A stretch of DNA of 32,000 bases from Schaalia odontolytica. Lineage in GTDB: Bacteria; Actinomycetota; Actinomycetes; Actinomycetales; Actinomycetaceae. The stretch is from assembly GCF_005696695.1 (NCBI RefSeq), contig NZ_CP040006.1:1140001-1172000 (forward strand). The letters are read 5' to 3'. Shown one piece after another: positions 1 through 8,323 of the stretch. Numbering within the stretch: position 1 is the stretch's first letter; every line of letters begins with the position of its first letter. The notes beneath the pieces are model-generated. The model did no database searches. It was not told the origin of the DNA and saw only the letters and a list, made by a program, of their open reading frames with translations. Position numbers and translations under genes: made by a program.

Positions 1-390
1 GTAGCCAACGAGGGAAGCCAAGACCGCGCGCCACACGACGCCGAGGACCGCCGCAAAAGCGTCCTGGTTTTCGTAATCCGGGGCGGGAGGCAGATACTGC
101 ACGATGAAGAAAGTGAGGGAGGCCAACAGGGAGGCCACAAAACCCATGATGATGACACGCTTAGCCCGAGCAAATCCGTAGACTTCCGAGAGCACATCGC
201 CGATGATGTACGTGAGCGGGAAGAGGATCGCGCCCCCGTCGAAAATGAGGTAGTGCGTGGACGTGCCGAGCATAAACGCCTTGGTTGCGGCGATATTCGA
301 TATGAGCAGCAGCGCCACGAAGGCAACGGAGACGATGTCAAGGGCGCGCGTGGGGCGCGCCGATCCAGACGGGACCGGGCTATCGGACAT
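1..390 (-). CDS. yhhQ: Queuosine-precursor transporter, YhhQ/VUT (DUF165) family; N-terminal 130 codons, C-terminus lies off the window
   Basis: Absent from the ORF track because it runs off the window edge. My reverse translation from the ATG (complement of 388-390) gives MSDSPVPSGSARPTRALDIVSVAFVALLLISNIAATKAFMLGTSTHYLIFDGGAILFPLTYIIGDVLSEVYGFARAKRVI... It is hydrophobic and carries the DGG..FP..Y..GD...E.YG pattern I associate with YhhQ. Confidence 0.7.
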   Translation of the reverse strand, partial: MSDSPVPSGSARPTRALDIVSVAFVALLLISNIAATKAFMLGTSTHYLIFDGGAILFPLTYIIGDVLSEVYGFARAKRVIIMGFVASLLASLTFFIVQYLPPAPDYENQDAFAAVLGVVWRAVLASLVGY

Positions 391-532
391 GGGATGAAAC
401 CTCGCAAAGCAGAGTAGATATCGGTTAATTCCGACACCCATTGTGCCCGCTCCTTGCGTGATCATGCGCAACAGCGCCGCCTCGCAGGCGGGTTGATTCG
501 CCCACACGCACCCCTCCCTCTACTCTTGGAGG

Positions 533-2146
533 GTGATTAACGTCCAGGATTTCTCGTTGCGCATCGGCCCCCGCGAGCTCGTCAACCACGCGAGCTTCCG
601 TATCGACAAAGGCATGTGTATCGGCCTCGTTGGCCGTAACGGCGCGGGTAAGACGACGACGATGAGGTTGCTAGCAGGCGAAGGCGACCGCGGAGGGGCC
701 GCCGAATACACCGGCACCATCTCGTCGAATGGGACGGTCGGTTACCTGGCGCAGGACACGCACGTGGGTGATCCGTCGATGAAGGCCCGCGACCGCATCA
801 TTTCCGTGCGTGGCATCGACTCGATTATCGCCCGTATCCGCAAGGCCGAACACGAGATGTCAACGACCGAGGGCGCTCGTCAGCAGCGCGCGATGGAACG
901 TTACGTGAAGCTCGACCAGCAGTTTACGAACTCCGGCGGCTGGGCGGCCAACGCCGAGGCGGCCCAGATTGCGCATTCGCTGGGGCTTGAAGACCGGGTG
1001 CTTGATCAGACCCTCGATACTCTCTCCGGTGGTCAGCGACGCAGGGTCGAGCTAGCCCGCGTGCTCTTCTCGGACGCAGACGTGCTGCTTCTGGACGAAC
1101 CCACGAACCACCTTGACCACGATTCGATCGTCTGGCTGCGTGACTGGATCAAGACCTTCCCCGGCGGCGTCATGATCATTTCGCACGACGTCAAGCTGCT
1201 GGGTGACACTGTCAACCAGGTGTTCTACCTCGATGCGAACCGCGCACAGATCGACATCTATCACCTCGGCTGGTCGGCCTATCTCAAGCAGCGCGAGGAA
1301 GACGAACGCCGTCGCCGTAAGGAACGCGCCAACGCGTTGAAGAAGGCCGAACACCTCAAGGCCCAGGGCGAGAAAATGCGCGCGAAGGCCACGAAGGCTG
1401 TCGCCGCACAGCAGATGCTGCGCCGGGCCGAAGAGCTTTTCGCCCAGGCGGGTTCAGAGGTCGTCCAGGACAAGGTCGCGCGCCTACGCTTCCCCGACCC
1501 GGCACCATCGGGCCGCGTTCCCCTCACTGCTGAAGGGCTGTCGAAGTCCTACGGTTCTCTCGAAGTGTTTACCGGTGTGGACCTCGCGATCGACCGCGGC
1601 TCGAAAGTCGTCGTCCTCGGCCTCAACGGCGCCGGCAAGACGACGCTCCTGCGGCTCCTGTCCGGTATTGAGGAGCCGGACTCCGGCCGTGTCGTACCCG
1701 GACATGGCCTCAAGCTCGGCTACTACGCCCAGGAGCACGAGACCCTTGATGAGACCCGCACGATTCGTGAAAATATGGCCGAGGCCGCCCCTACCCTCGA
1801 CGACACCCACGTGCGCAACATTCTCGGCCAGTTCCTCTTCCAAGGTGACGACGTCGAAAAGCCCGTGTCCGTGCTGTCTGGCGGTGAGAAGACCCGCCTC
1901 GCTTTAGCAACACTCGTCGTCTCGGGCGCAAACGTCCTGCTGCTCGACGAACCGACCAACAACCTCGACCCCGCCTCGCGCGAAGAGATCCTCGCGGCCC
2001 TGCGCGACTACGAGGGCGCCGTCATCCTCGTCACGCACGACCCCGGCGCTGTCACGGCACTCAACCCCGAGCGCGTCCTGCTGTTGCCTGACGCCGATGA
2101 GGACCTGTGGGACGACAGCTACCTGGACCTCGTTACCCTCACCTGA
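533..2146 (+). CDS. ABC-F family ATPase (soluble, ribosome-associated type; no membrane domain)
   Basis: GTG start just after GGAGG. Two ABC cassettes: Walker A GRNGAGKTT and GLNGAGKTT, signatures LSGGQRRR and LSGGEKTR, Walker B LLLDEPTNHLD and LLLDEPTNNLD. They are joined by a Lys/Arg/Glu-rich helical linker (REEDERRRRKERANALKKAEHLKAQGEKMRAKATKAVAAQQMLRRAEE). Confidence 0.9.
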   Translation: MINVQDFSLRIGPRELVNHASFRIDKGMCIGLVGRNGAGKTTTMRLLAGEGDRGGAAEYTGTISSNGTVGYLAQDTHVGDPSMKARDRIISVRGIDSIIARIRKAEHEMSTTEGARQQRAMERYVKLDQQFTNSGGWAANAEAAQIAHSLGLEDRVLDQTLDTLSGGQRRRVELARVLFSDADVLLLDEPTNHLDHDSIVWLRDWIKTFPGGVMIISHDVKLLGDTVNQVFYLDANRAQIDIYHLGWSAYLKQREEDERRRRKERANALKKAEHLKAQGEKMRAKATKAVAAQQMLRRAEELFAQAGSEVVQDKVARLRFPDPAPSGRVPLTAEGLSKSYGSLEVFTGVDLAIDRGSKVVVLGLNGAGKTTLLRLLSGIEEPDSGRVVPGHGLKLGYYAQEHETLDETRTIRENMAEAAPTLDDTHVRNILGQFLFQGDDVEKPVSVLSGGEKTRLALATLVVSGANVLLLDEPTNNLDPASREEILAALRDYEGAVILVTHDPGAVTALNPERVLLLPDADEDLWDDSYLDLVTLT

Positions 2147-2185
2147 CGACAGCATCGGCACCACTGCGGGCACCGCGGTGCGGGT

Positions 2186-2231
2186 ACGACAAAGGCCGGG
2201 ACTGGAACACGCCAGCCCCGGCCTTTGTCGT
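2186..2231. terminator. Bidirectional hairpin between convergent ABC-F and ABC-ATPase genes
   Basis: ACGACAAAGGCCGGG pairs perfectly (15 bp) with CCCGGCCTTTGTCGT. An inner CTGG/CCAG extension is possible. It lies between the stops at 2146 (+) and 2239 (-). Confidence 0.7.
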
Positions 2232-2238
2232 CAGAAGG

Positions 2239-3012
2239 TTACAGAACCTTGGAGAAGAACTCCTTGGTTCGCTCAGACTTCGGGTTATCGATGACCTCGG
2301 AGGGGGCTCCGGCCTCGACGATCACGCCACCATCCATAAAAACAACCTGGTCCGCGACTTCGCGGGCGAACCCGATCTCGTGAGTGACAACCGCCATCGT
2401 CATGCCCGATGCAGCGAGGTCCTGCATAACCTGGAGTACCTCGCCGACGAGCTCGGGATCGAGCGCTGAGGTCGGCTCATCAAAGAGCATGATCTCCGGA
2501 TCCATGGCGAGCGCACGGGCGATGGCAACTCGCTGCTGCTGCCCGCCCGAAAGCTCCGCCGGGTAATGGTCCGCGCGATCAGCCAGACCGACGCGATCAA
2601 GCAGTTCGAGAGCCTGGGCGCGTGCCTCGCTCTTCGAACGCTTGAGGACCTGAACGGGGGCCTCCATGACATTTTCGAGCGCCGTCTTGTGCGGGAAGAG
2701 ATTGAAGCGCTGGAACACCATGCCGATCCGAGAACGCTGAGCAGCGATCTCCTTATCGTGGCGCTCGTGGAGCACGCCATCCTTGTCCTCACGGTAGCCG
2801 AGCAGCTCACCGTCGACGTACACGCGGCCGGCGCTAATGTCCTCGAGCATGTTCAGGCAGCGCAGGAGTGTCGACTTGCCCGAACCCGAGGGACCAAGGA
2901 TGACGCAGACCTCGCCGGAAGCGATATCCAGGTCGATGCCCCGCAGGACGTGCAGGTCGCCAAAGAACTTGTGGACTCCGCGAACGGAGACCATGGGCGT
3001 CGTAGTCGTCAT
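2239..3012 (-). CDS. Polar amino-acid ABC transporter, ATP-binding protein (GlnQ/HisP-like)
   Basis: Walker [11 protein letters not shown]-loop, signature [15 protein letters not shown], Walker [13 protein letters not shown]-loop VTHE. Its start overlaps the permease stop (3009-3012), which suggests translational coupling. Confidence 0.93.
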   Translation of the reverse strand: MTTTTPMVSVRGVHKFFGDLHVLRGIDLDIASGEVCVILGPSGSGKSTLLRCLNMLEDISAGRVYVDGELLGYREDKDGVLHERHDKEIAAQRSRIGMVFQRFNLFPHKTALENVMEAPVQVLKRSKSEARAQALELLDRVGLADRADHYPAELSGGQQQRVAIARALAMDPEIMLFDEPTSALDPELVGEVLQVMQDLAASGMTMAVVTHEIGFAREVADQVVFMDGGVIVEAGAPSEVIDNPKSERTKEFFSKVL

Positions 3013-3971
3013 GGTGTCACATCCAAAAACTTGAGCTTGGTGGCCTTGGCATCTTCGTCGTCATCGGAAGAAGATGACGTGGCGGGGGAGTGGGCACCGG
3101 CGTTGTCACGGCGCTCGAAGCCCTTGCCGTAGTACTTCTCGATGAAGGACTGAATCCACATCAGGAGACTCGTGATGACAAGGTACCAAATCGCAGCCGC
3201 AATCAGAAGCGGCACGGGAGCGAAAGTCGCCTGGCCACGCTGACGCGCAATGAACGTAAGTTCGAGGGTGAAGGGAATCGCCGAGACCAGGGAGGTCGTC
3301 TTCAGCATCGAAATTGTCTCATTTCCGATCGGCGGCACAATCACACGCATTGCCTGAGGAAGGATGATGCGGCGGAAGATCGTTCCACGCGGCATTCCCA
3401 GCGCGGTGGCGGCCTCCCACTGGCCCTTCGAGACACTCAGCAGGCCTGCACGCATAATTTCCGCGAGGTACGCGCCCTCGTTCAGGCCCAAGCCAATGAA
3501 CGCCATCCAGAACGGCGTGAAGTAGGTGGCCGTATCGAACGTCAGCTCCCAGCCCCACAGCGAGCCGAGGAACGGCACACCGAAGGAGAGCTTCGGGTAG
3601 AGCGTGGGCAGCAGCGACCAGAAAATCAACTGCGTGTAGATAGGGGTTCCGCGGAAGAACCAGATGTAGGCCATCGCCACCCAGCGCAGGACCGGATTCA
3701 CGGACTGGCGCATGATCGCCATCGTGATGGCGAGAGCGGTGCCCACCACCATTGCGAGGATCGTCAGGATGATCGTGAAGAGCACGCCCTGCATGATCGA
3801 ACGCGAGAACAGCCACTGGAACACGACTGGCCACTGGAAGTTCGCGTTCGTTACCAGCGCGTGGGCTGCCATTGCCGCAAGGATTGCCGCGACGATTGCG
3901 CTTGCCCACCTCCCCGGGCGGGGGACTGGTTTCGCGTCGATCAGCTCAACGCCGTCTTTGATGGTTGCCAT
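3009..3971 (-). CDS. Polar amino-acid ABC transporter permease (His/Glu/Gln/Arg/opine family) with an acidic Ser/Asp C-terminal tail
   Basis: Multiple hydrophobic spans. EAA-type loop [34 protein letters not shown] lies 5 nt upstream of the ATG. Confidence 0.9.
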   Translation of the reverse strand: MATIKDGVELIDAKPVPRPGRWASAIVAAILAAMAAHALVTNANFQWPVVFQWLFSRSIMQGVLFTIILTILAMVVGTALAITMAIMRQSVNPVLRWVAMAYIWFFRGTPIYTQLIFWSLLPTLYPKLSFGVPFLGSLWGWELTFDTATYFTPFWMAFIGLGLNEGAYLAEIMRAGLLSVSKGQWEAATALGMPRGTIFRRIILPQAMRVIVPPIGNETISMLKTTSLVSAIPFTLELTFIARQRGQATFAPVPLLIAAAIWYLVITSLLMWIQSFIEKYYGKGFERRDNAGAHSPATSSSSDDDEDAKATKLKFLDVTP

Positions 3972-3978
3972 GAGATCC

Positions 3979-4923
3979 TCAGTCGTTCGTCGCCGGGTTC
4001 AGCTCGGCGGTGGTCAGCGCTGCGTCCTGAGCGCCATAGGTGGTCAGGATGTCCTTCAGGTAGCCATTGTCCATCAGGTACTGCATAGCCTTCTGGACGG
4101 CCTGTGTCAGCTGCTCGTCGTTCTTGTTGATGGCAACGCCCTGCGGGGCGGACTCGACGACGTCACCGACCTGCTCGATCTGGCCGCCCGATAGAGACGC
4201 GGTGTAGCCGATAACGGTCGAGTCAGCGAAGGTGGCGTCGTACTGGCCGCCAATGACCTTCGTAGCAATGTCGGTCTGCAGGTCGTGCGGCATGATGGTG
4301 ATCTTGTCCTTGCCGTCGGCTACGCACTGTTCCGACAGCTCGGTTGCGTAGTCTTCCTGCGCGGTACCGGTCTGCACACCGATCGTCTTGCCACAGGGGT
4401 TGGTCGGATCGAAATTCTTCGGGTTGCCCGCAGCGACGCCGTAGGCGGAGCCCACCTCAACATAGGAGATCAGGTTCGCCTGCTCCTCGCGTTCGGAGGT
4501 GATCGTGAAGGAGGAGATACCCACGTCGAACTTCGTGCCCAGCGCCGGAATGATGGTCGGGAACTCAGCGTGGTTCGTGGTTCCCTCGTTCAGACCCATG
4601 ACCTTGGCGAGCGCCTTGTTGATGTCGACATCGTATCCCTGAGGGGTCTGCGAATCGTCACCGAGGAACTCCGCGGGTGCGTAGTCGGCGGAGGCTCCGT
4701 TACGGAGCGTGCCGCGCTCCTTGACCTCGGCGGGAACCAGGGCGGCGATTTCGTCGACGGTCGGGATCTTCGACACGTCGTACGAGGCCGTGGTTGCCGC
4801 GGCCGAGGTGCTCTCAGATCCGCTGGTCGACGAGCTGGTCGACGTCGGATCCGCGCAGGCGGCGAGAGGGAGAGCAGCTGCGGCTGCGAGGACGATGAGG
4901 GCGTGTGCCTTCGAGATGGTCAT
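3979..4923 (-). CDS. Amino-acid ABC transporter substrate-binding lipoprotein, paralog 1 (SBP family 3)
   Basis: I moved the start to MTISKAHALIVLAAAAALPLAAC. This gives a signal peptide plus LAAC lipobox, followed by a Ser/Thr-rich linker and a periplasmic binding fold. The track ORF extends to 4989, but that extension has no signal-peptide logic. Confidence 0.88.
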   Translation of the reverse strand: MTISKAHALIVLAAAAALPLAACADPTSTSSSTSGSESTSAAATTASYDVSKIPTVDEIAALVPAEVKERGTLRNGASADYAPAEFLGDDSQTPQGYDVDINKALAKVMGLNEGTTNHAEFPTIIPALGTKFDVGISSFTITSEREEQANLISYVEVGSAYGVAAGNPKNFDPTNPCGKTIGVQTGTAQEDYATELSEQCVADGKDKITIMPHDLQTDIATKVIGGQYDATFADSTVIGYTASLSGGQIEQVGDVVESAPQGVAINKNDEQLTQAVQKAMQYLMDNGYLKDILTTYGAQDAALTTAELNPATND

Positions 4924-4979
4924 GATCTGCCTTCCGATGGGAGTGGGCCGTGGCCCGTGATTGCTACCATTATGCACCC

Positions 4980-4999
4980 ATATGCACATAAATGCATAT
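4980..4999. promoter_or_regulatory. Candidate operator palindrome ATATGCA-N6-TGCATAT, about 60-70 nt upstream of SBP paralog 1
   Basis: Perfect 7+7 inverted repeat in an AT-rich island, flanked by further TATGCA/TATGCG copies (4971-5004). The same motif recurs upstream of paralog 2. Confidence 0.5.
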
Positions 5000-5019
5000 T
5001 ATGCGTAGCGTGCCGCGAA

Positions 5020-5955
5020 TCAGTCGACGGTCGGGTTGAGTGCAGCTGTCGTCAGTACTGCATCCTCAGCGCCGTAGGACGCCAGAATGTCGGTGAGGTA
5101 GCCGTTGTCCATCAGGTACTGCATAGCCTTCTGGACCGCCTCAGCAAGCTGCGCGTCATCCTTCGCGACCGCCACGCCCTGAGGGGCTGACTCAAACGTG
5201 TCGCCAAGCTGCTCAATCTTGCCGGCAGACTGCGAGCTCGTGTAGCCAATGACTGTTGAGTCCGCGAGGGTTGCGTCGTACTGGCCGCCGATCAGCTTGG
5301 TGGCGATGTCCGTCTGGAGCTCGTGCGGCATGACGATGATCTTTTCCTTGCCGGCCGCGACGCACTCGTCAGAGAGCGTGGCCGCGTATTCCTCCTGAGC
5401 CGTGCCGGTCTGAACCGCAATGGTCGCGCCGCACGGGTTAGACGGGTCAAAATTCTTCGGATTGCCAGCAGCGACGCCCCATGCGGATCCGACGTTCAGG
5501 TAAGACACCATGTTGACTTGCTGCTCGCGCTCGGAGGTAATGGTGAATGACGAGATACCCACGTCGAACTTCGTGCCGAGAGCGGGGATGATCGTGGGGA
5601 ATTCGGAGTGCTTCGTTTCCCCGGCATTCAGACCCATGACCTTGGCAAGCGCCTTGTTAATGTCAATGTCATAGCCAATGGGAGTCTGTCCATCAGCATC
5701 CATGTATTCGGCAGGTGCATATCCGGTAGAAGCTCCGTTACGCAGGGTGCCCCGCTTCTTAATGTCGTTCGGGACGAGCGCTGCAATCTCGTCGACGGTC
5801 GGGATCGATGAGACGTCGTAGTGTGAGGTGGTTGATGCGGCTGTCCCTGTCGTCGCGTCTGCGGTACTCGTACTCGTCGTGGGGTCTGCGCATGCGGCCA
5901 TTGCGGTCGCGGTACTGGCCAGAGTGAGCGTGGCGAGAAGCTTCTTGGTGTGCAT
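5020..5955 (-). CDS. Amino-acid ABC transporter substrate-binding lipoprotein, paralog 2 (SBP family 3)
   Basis: I moved the start to MHTKKLLATLTLASTATAMAAC (signal peptide plus MAAC lipobox). The mature part is roughly three-quarters identical to paralog 1 by eye, including long identical blocks such as FPTIIPALGTKFDVGISSFTITSERE. Confidence 0.88.
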   Translation of the reverse strand: MHTKKLLATLTLASTATAMAACADPTTSTSTADATTGTAASTTSHYDVSSIPTVDEIAALVPNDIKKRGTLRNGASTGYAPAEYMDADGQTPIGYDIDINKALAKVMGLNAGETKHSEFPTIIPALGTKFDVGISSFTITSEREQQVNMVSYLNVGSAWGVAAGNPKNFDPSNPCGATIAVQTGTAQEEYAATLSDECVAAGKEKIIVMPHELQTDIATKLIGGQYDATLADSTVIGYTSSQSAGKIEQLGDTFESAPQGVAVAKDDAQLAEAVQKAMQYLMDNGYLTDILASYGAEDAVLTTAALNPTVD

Positions 5956-6001
5956 GATTATGTTCCTCAGTATCCGTGATTCGAGCGTTGTCGTGTACTG
6001 A

Positions 6002-6020
6002 ATATGCAACCATGTGCATA
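6002..6020. promoter_or_regulatory. Candidate operator palindrome ATATGCA-N6-TGCATA, about 55 nt upstream of SBP paralog 2
   Basis: Same arms and same 6-nt spacer length as the site at 4980-4999, followed by TATGCG as at the other site. On the coding (minus) strand one arm reads TGCATATT and could double as a -10 element. Confidence 0.5.
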
Positions 6021-6057
6021 CTATGCGTGTCGAATGAGTCTCGGATCGTGGATACAC

Positions 6058-6088
6058 AAGTGGGCAAGCACATGGTGCTTGCCCACTT
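6058..6088 (-). terminator. Hairpin terminator downstream of the DUF4191 gene
   Basis: AAGTGGGCAAGCAC / GTGCTTGCCCACTT forms a 14-bp perfect stem with a 3-nt loop. It lies 8 nt beyond the stop at 6096. Confidence 0.65.
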
Positions 6089-6095
6089 GAGAGGT

Positions 6096-6788
6096 TCAGT
6101 TGCCGCGAAGTGCACGGCGTGACGGCTTGGCGCGGAGAGGATCGATGCCCTTTGGAATGGGAGGCTCGCCCGATCGGAGAGCGTTGATGCGTGCCGAGAC
6201 CTGGGGAACTTCCTCGGGGGTCAGCACGTTCTTCAGCTTGCGCAGCTCGCGCTGCAGATCCTTCAGAGCGATCTGCCCGTCATCGTGACCCACCTGGATC
6301 TGATGAACAGGAACGTTGCGCATGACCTTGGTGACGCGCTTCGTTTCGGCCTGGAGGAGGGGGCGAACCCGGGACGTGGGGCCCTCGGAGATGAGAACGA
6401 CGCCGGCCCGGCCAACAATGCGCCACACGAGGTCCTGCTCGCGCGTGTACGCCACGGGCTGCTCGGGAATCACCCAGCCGCGCTGAATCTGGGACAGCGC
6501 AACCTTCACGGCACCCGCCGTATCCTCGACCTGCGAGTACAGTGCGCGGCGGGTCAGAATGCTCAACAGCAAGAGGGCTGCGGTGAACGAGCCCATAATG
6601 CCGACGACAAGCCAGCCAATAAACGACATGTTGGTCAGCCAGGCGACCAGCATGAAGATGGCGATCACCGCAGCGGCCGTTCCGAGAAGCATCCACGGAA
6701 GTGCCGGGTAGGTGCGTTTGGTCAGTCGGTATGCGTCGAGGACGTTCTGATAGAAGCGCCTCTTGCCGGGGGGATTCGATTCACTCAT
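6096..6788 (-). CDS. DUF4191-like conserved actinobacterial membrane protein
   Basis: I moved the start to MSESNPPGKRRFYQNVLDAYRLTKRTYPALPWMLL. Two adjacent TM helices are followed by a soluble C-terminal domain. This matches my recollection of the protein encoded near sucB/lipA in mycobacteria and corynebacteria. Confidence 0.7.
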   Translation of the reverse strand: MSESNPPGKRRFYQNVLDAYRLTKRTYPALPWMLLGTAAAVIAIFMLVAWLTNMSFIGWLVVGIMGSFTAALLLLSILTRRALYSQVEDTAGAVKVALSQIQRGWVIPEQPVAYTREQDLVWRIVGRAGVVLISEGPTSRVRPLLQAETKRVTKVMRNVPVHQIQVGHDDGQIALKDLQRELRKLKNVLTPEEVPQVSARINALRSGEPPIPKGIDPLRAKPSRRALRGN

Positions 6789-6878
6789 AGCCTCATTATT
6801 GTACGTGCAATTGATGATCGAAAGTCCACCCGTCCGATCAGGCACTTTGTGAAATGAGTTGCATCACATTGATTCGCT

Positions 6879-8228
6879 TTGGACAATGTCGGTATGAACA
6901 TTGGCGGTTACGACGTTGGCCAAATCTTCCATATCGGGGCGACGGGCCCCGTATGGCGTACGCGCACGGATGCGGGTGAGGCGCTATTGTCGCTACGCGC
7001 CGCCGGAGATGGAGAGCGCTGCCTCGAGCGGTGGAAGGCATGGGCCTCGATCACGTCGCGACACGTTGTTGCCCTGCGCGATGTTGCGCGATCAGATGAC
7101 GGCCGCTGGGCAATCGTTTACGACTATGTGGCAGGACGTCCCCTCGATGCGGAAATTGGCTCGCCCGACTTGCGTCCAATCGCGACAAGGCGCCAGATCA
7201 TCGAAGGAATTGCCGCCGGAGTCAGTGCTCTGCACAGCGCTGGAATCGTCCACGGGGATTTAACGCCCTCCAACATCATCGTGACGCCATCCGGCCGCGC
7301 GGTCATCATCGATCTCGTCGACGAGTTGGGAGAGCATGACGGAACCCCCGGGTGGAGCCAAGGGCTCAGTGGGCAGGGGGCTGATCGCGCGTGCCTGCGT
7401 CAGCTCGCGCACCTTCTGCACATGGACGAGGCACTGGCTGAGCTCGGCTTCGATGAGCCTAACGATTGTCTTGCAGAAGCGACGCCCGTTGTTGACGATC
7501 CTGTCGAGCACCCTATTTCGCGTGAGCCCGTGGATCCCGAGCGCGTCATCGCTGACTTGCGCGCTGCGGCACTGCGCGAAGATACCCTCAGAGATGGGCG
7601 GCCCGAGCGCCTGGCTGCGTCGACACCGCAGAATGTGCGTGGCGGAAGACAGGAATCACAGCGTGGTCGGCGCCGAGCGCTCGGCGTCCTCGCTATGGGG
7701 CTGACGGCGATCATCGCAGGTGTGTCCATCATGGCCTACGGCTTGCTGCGCAGCGGTGTAAGCGGTGGCCAATCGGGAGTATCTGTCCATAGCGATCCCT
7801 CACAATCGCTTGAGCAGTCGACTGGGAGCGCGTGCGATGTTTCTACCCTGTCAGAAACGATTAATCGTGCGATCCGCACACGCGACGAAGCCGTAGTCGC
7901 CGGTGACCCGACGTCTCTCGAGAGCGTTCTCGGTGGCGAGCTGCTCGATCAAGACAAGCAGCGCATCGCAACGATGCAAAGCGACGGAGTGCGCGTCTCG
8001 CAGTTGTCCTCCCAGATCGGTGATGTGTCCGTCTTAGCCTGTGAGCCGGGCGCCATCGATGTCGGTGCGACGTTGACGGTTCTCACCTCGGAAACATGTC
8101 GCGCTGGAACGTGTGAGAAGCGCTCGGAGCCCCAAGTAACCGATCTTCGCGTGCGCGTCGATCCAGTGTCGGGAAAGGTCGTGAAGGCTGAGCCCGTTGA
8201 TCAGGATAGTGGTGCGGCGGCGCAATAA
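6879..8228 (+). CDS. Membrane-anchored protein-kinase-like protein with degenerate catalytic motifs (possible pseudokinase) and a Cys-containing extracytoplasmic domain
   Basis: Catalytic-loop-like HGDLTPSNIIV (nt about 7251-7283). The beta3 VAIK position reads LLSLR (Arg, not Lys). The DFG position reads IDLVDE. No APE segment. Single TM ALGVLAMGLTAIIAGVSIMAYGLL (about 7677-7748). The C-terminal domain has 4 Cys. An alternative start is the ATG at 6894. Confidence 0.6.
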   Translation: MDNVGMNIGGYDVGQIFHIGATGPVWRTRTDAGEALLSLRAAGDGERCLERWKAWASITSRHVVALRDVARSDDGRWAIVYDYVAGRPLDAEIGSPDLRPIATRRQIIEGIAAGVSALHSAGIVHGDLTPSNIIVTPSGRAVIIDLVDELGEHDGTPGWSQGLSGQGADRACLRQLAHLLHMDEALAELGFDEPNDCLAEATPVVDDPVEHPISREPVDPERVIADLRAAALREDTLRDGRPERLAASTPQNVRGGRQESQRGRRRALGVLAMGLTAIIAGVSIMAYGLLRSGVSGGQSGVSVHSDPSQSLEQSTGSACDVSTLSETINRAIRTRDEAVVAGDPTSLESVLGGELLDQDKQRIATMQSDGVRVSQLSSQIGDVSVLACEPGAIDVGATLTVLTSETCRAGTCEKRSEPQVTDLRVRVDPVSGKVVKAEPVDQDSGAAAQ

Positions 8229-8274
8229 CGCCGAAATAACGCCTAAGATGCTCGGTGAACGTCCAGGCGACAGT

Positions 8275-8308
8275 GATGGGGTGGGCCTCATGCGAGGCCC
8301 ACCCCATC
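8275..8308. terminator. Bidirectional hairpin between the convergent kinase-like gene and sucB
   Basis: GATGGGGTGGGCCTC atgc GAGGCCCACCCCATC forms a 15-bp perfect stem. Confidence 0.75.
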
Positions 8309-8323
8309 AGCGTTCGGTGAGGA

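Noticed and set aside
391-520. Looked for a preQ1 riboswitch upstream of the yhhQ-like transporter
   Set aside because: Reverse-complementing the leader shows no preQ1-I-type stem followed by an A-rich tail (AAAAAACUA-like). I see no recognisable class II or III features either.
3090-4088. 332-aa Arg/His-rich plus-strand ORF over the permease gene. Similar shadows occur at 4285-5190, 16546-17508, 18787-19296, 30021-30839 and 30794-31420.
   Set aside because: All are antisense to genes with strong family signatures. All are Arg/Gly/Ser-rich with no recognisable domains, which is the frame -1/-3 artefact of high GC3 coding DNA.
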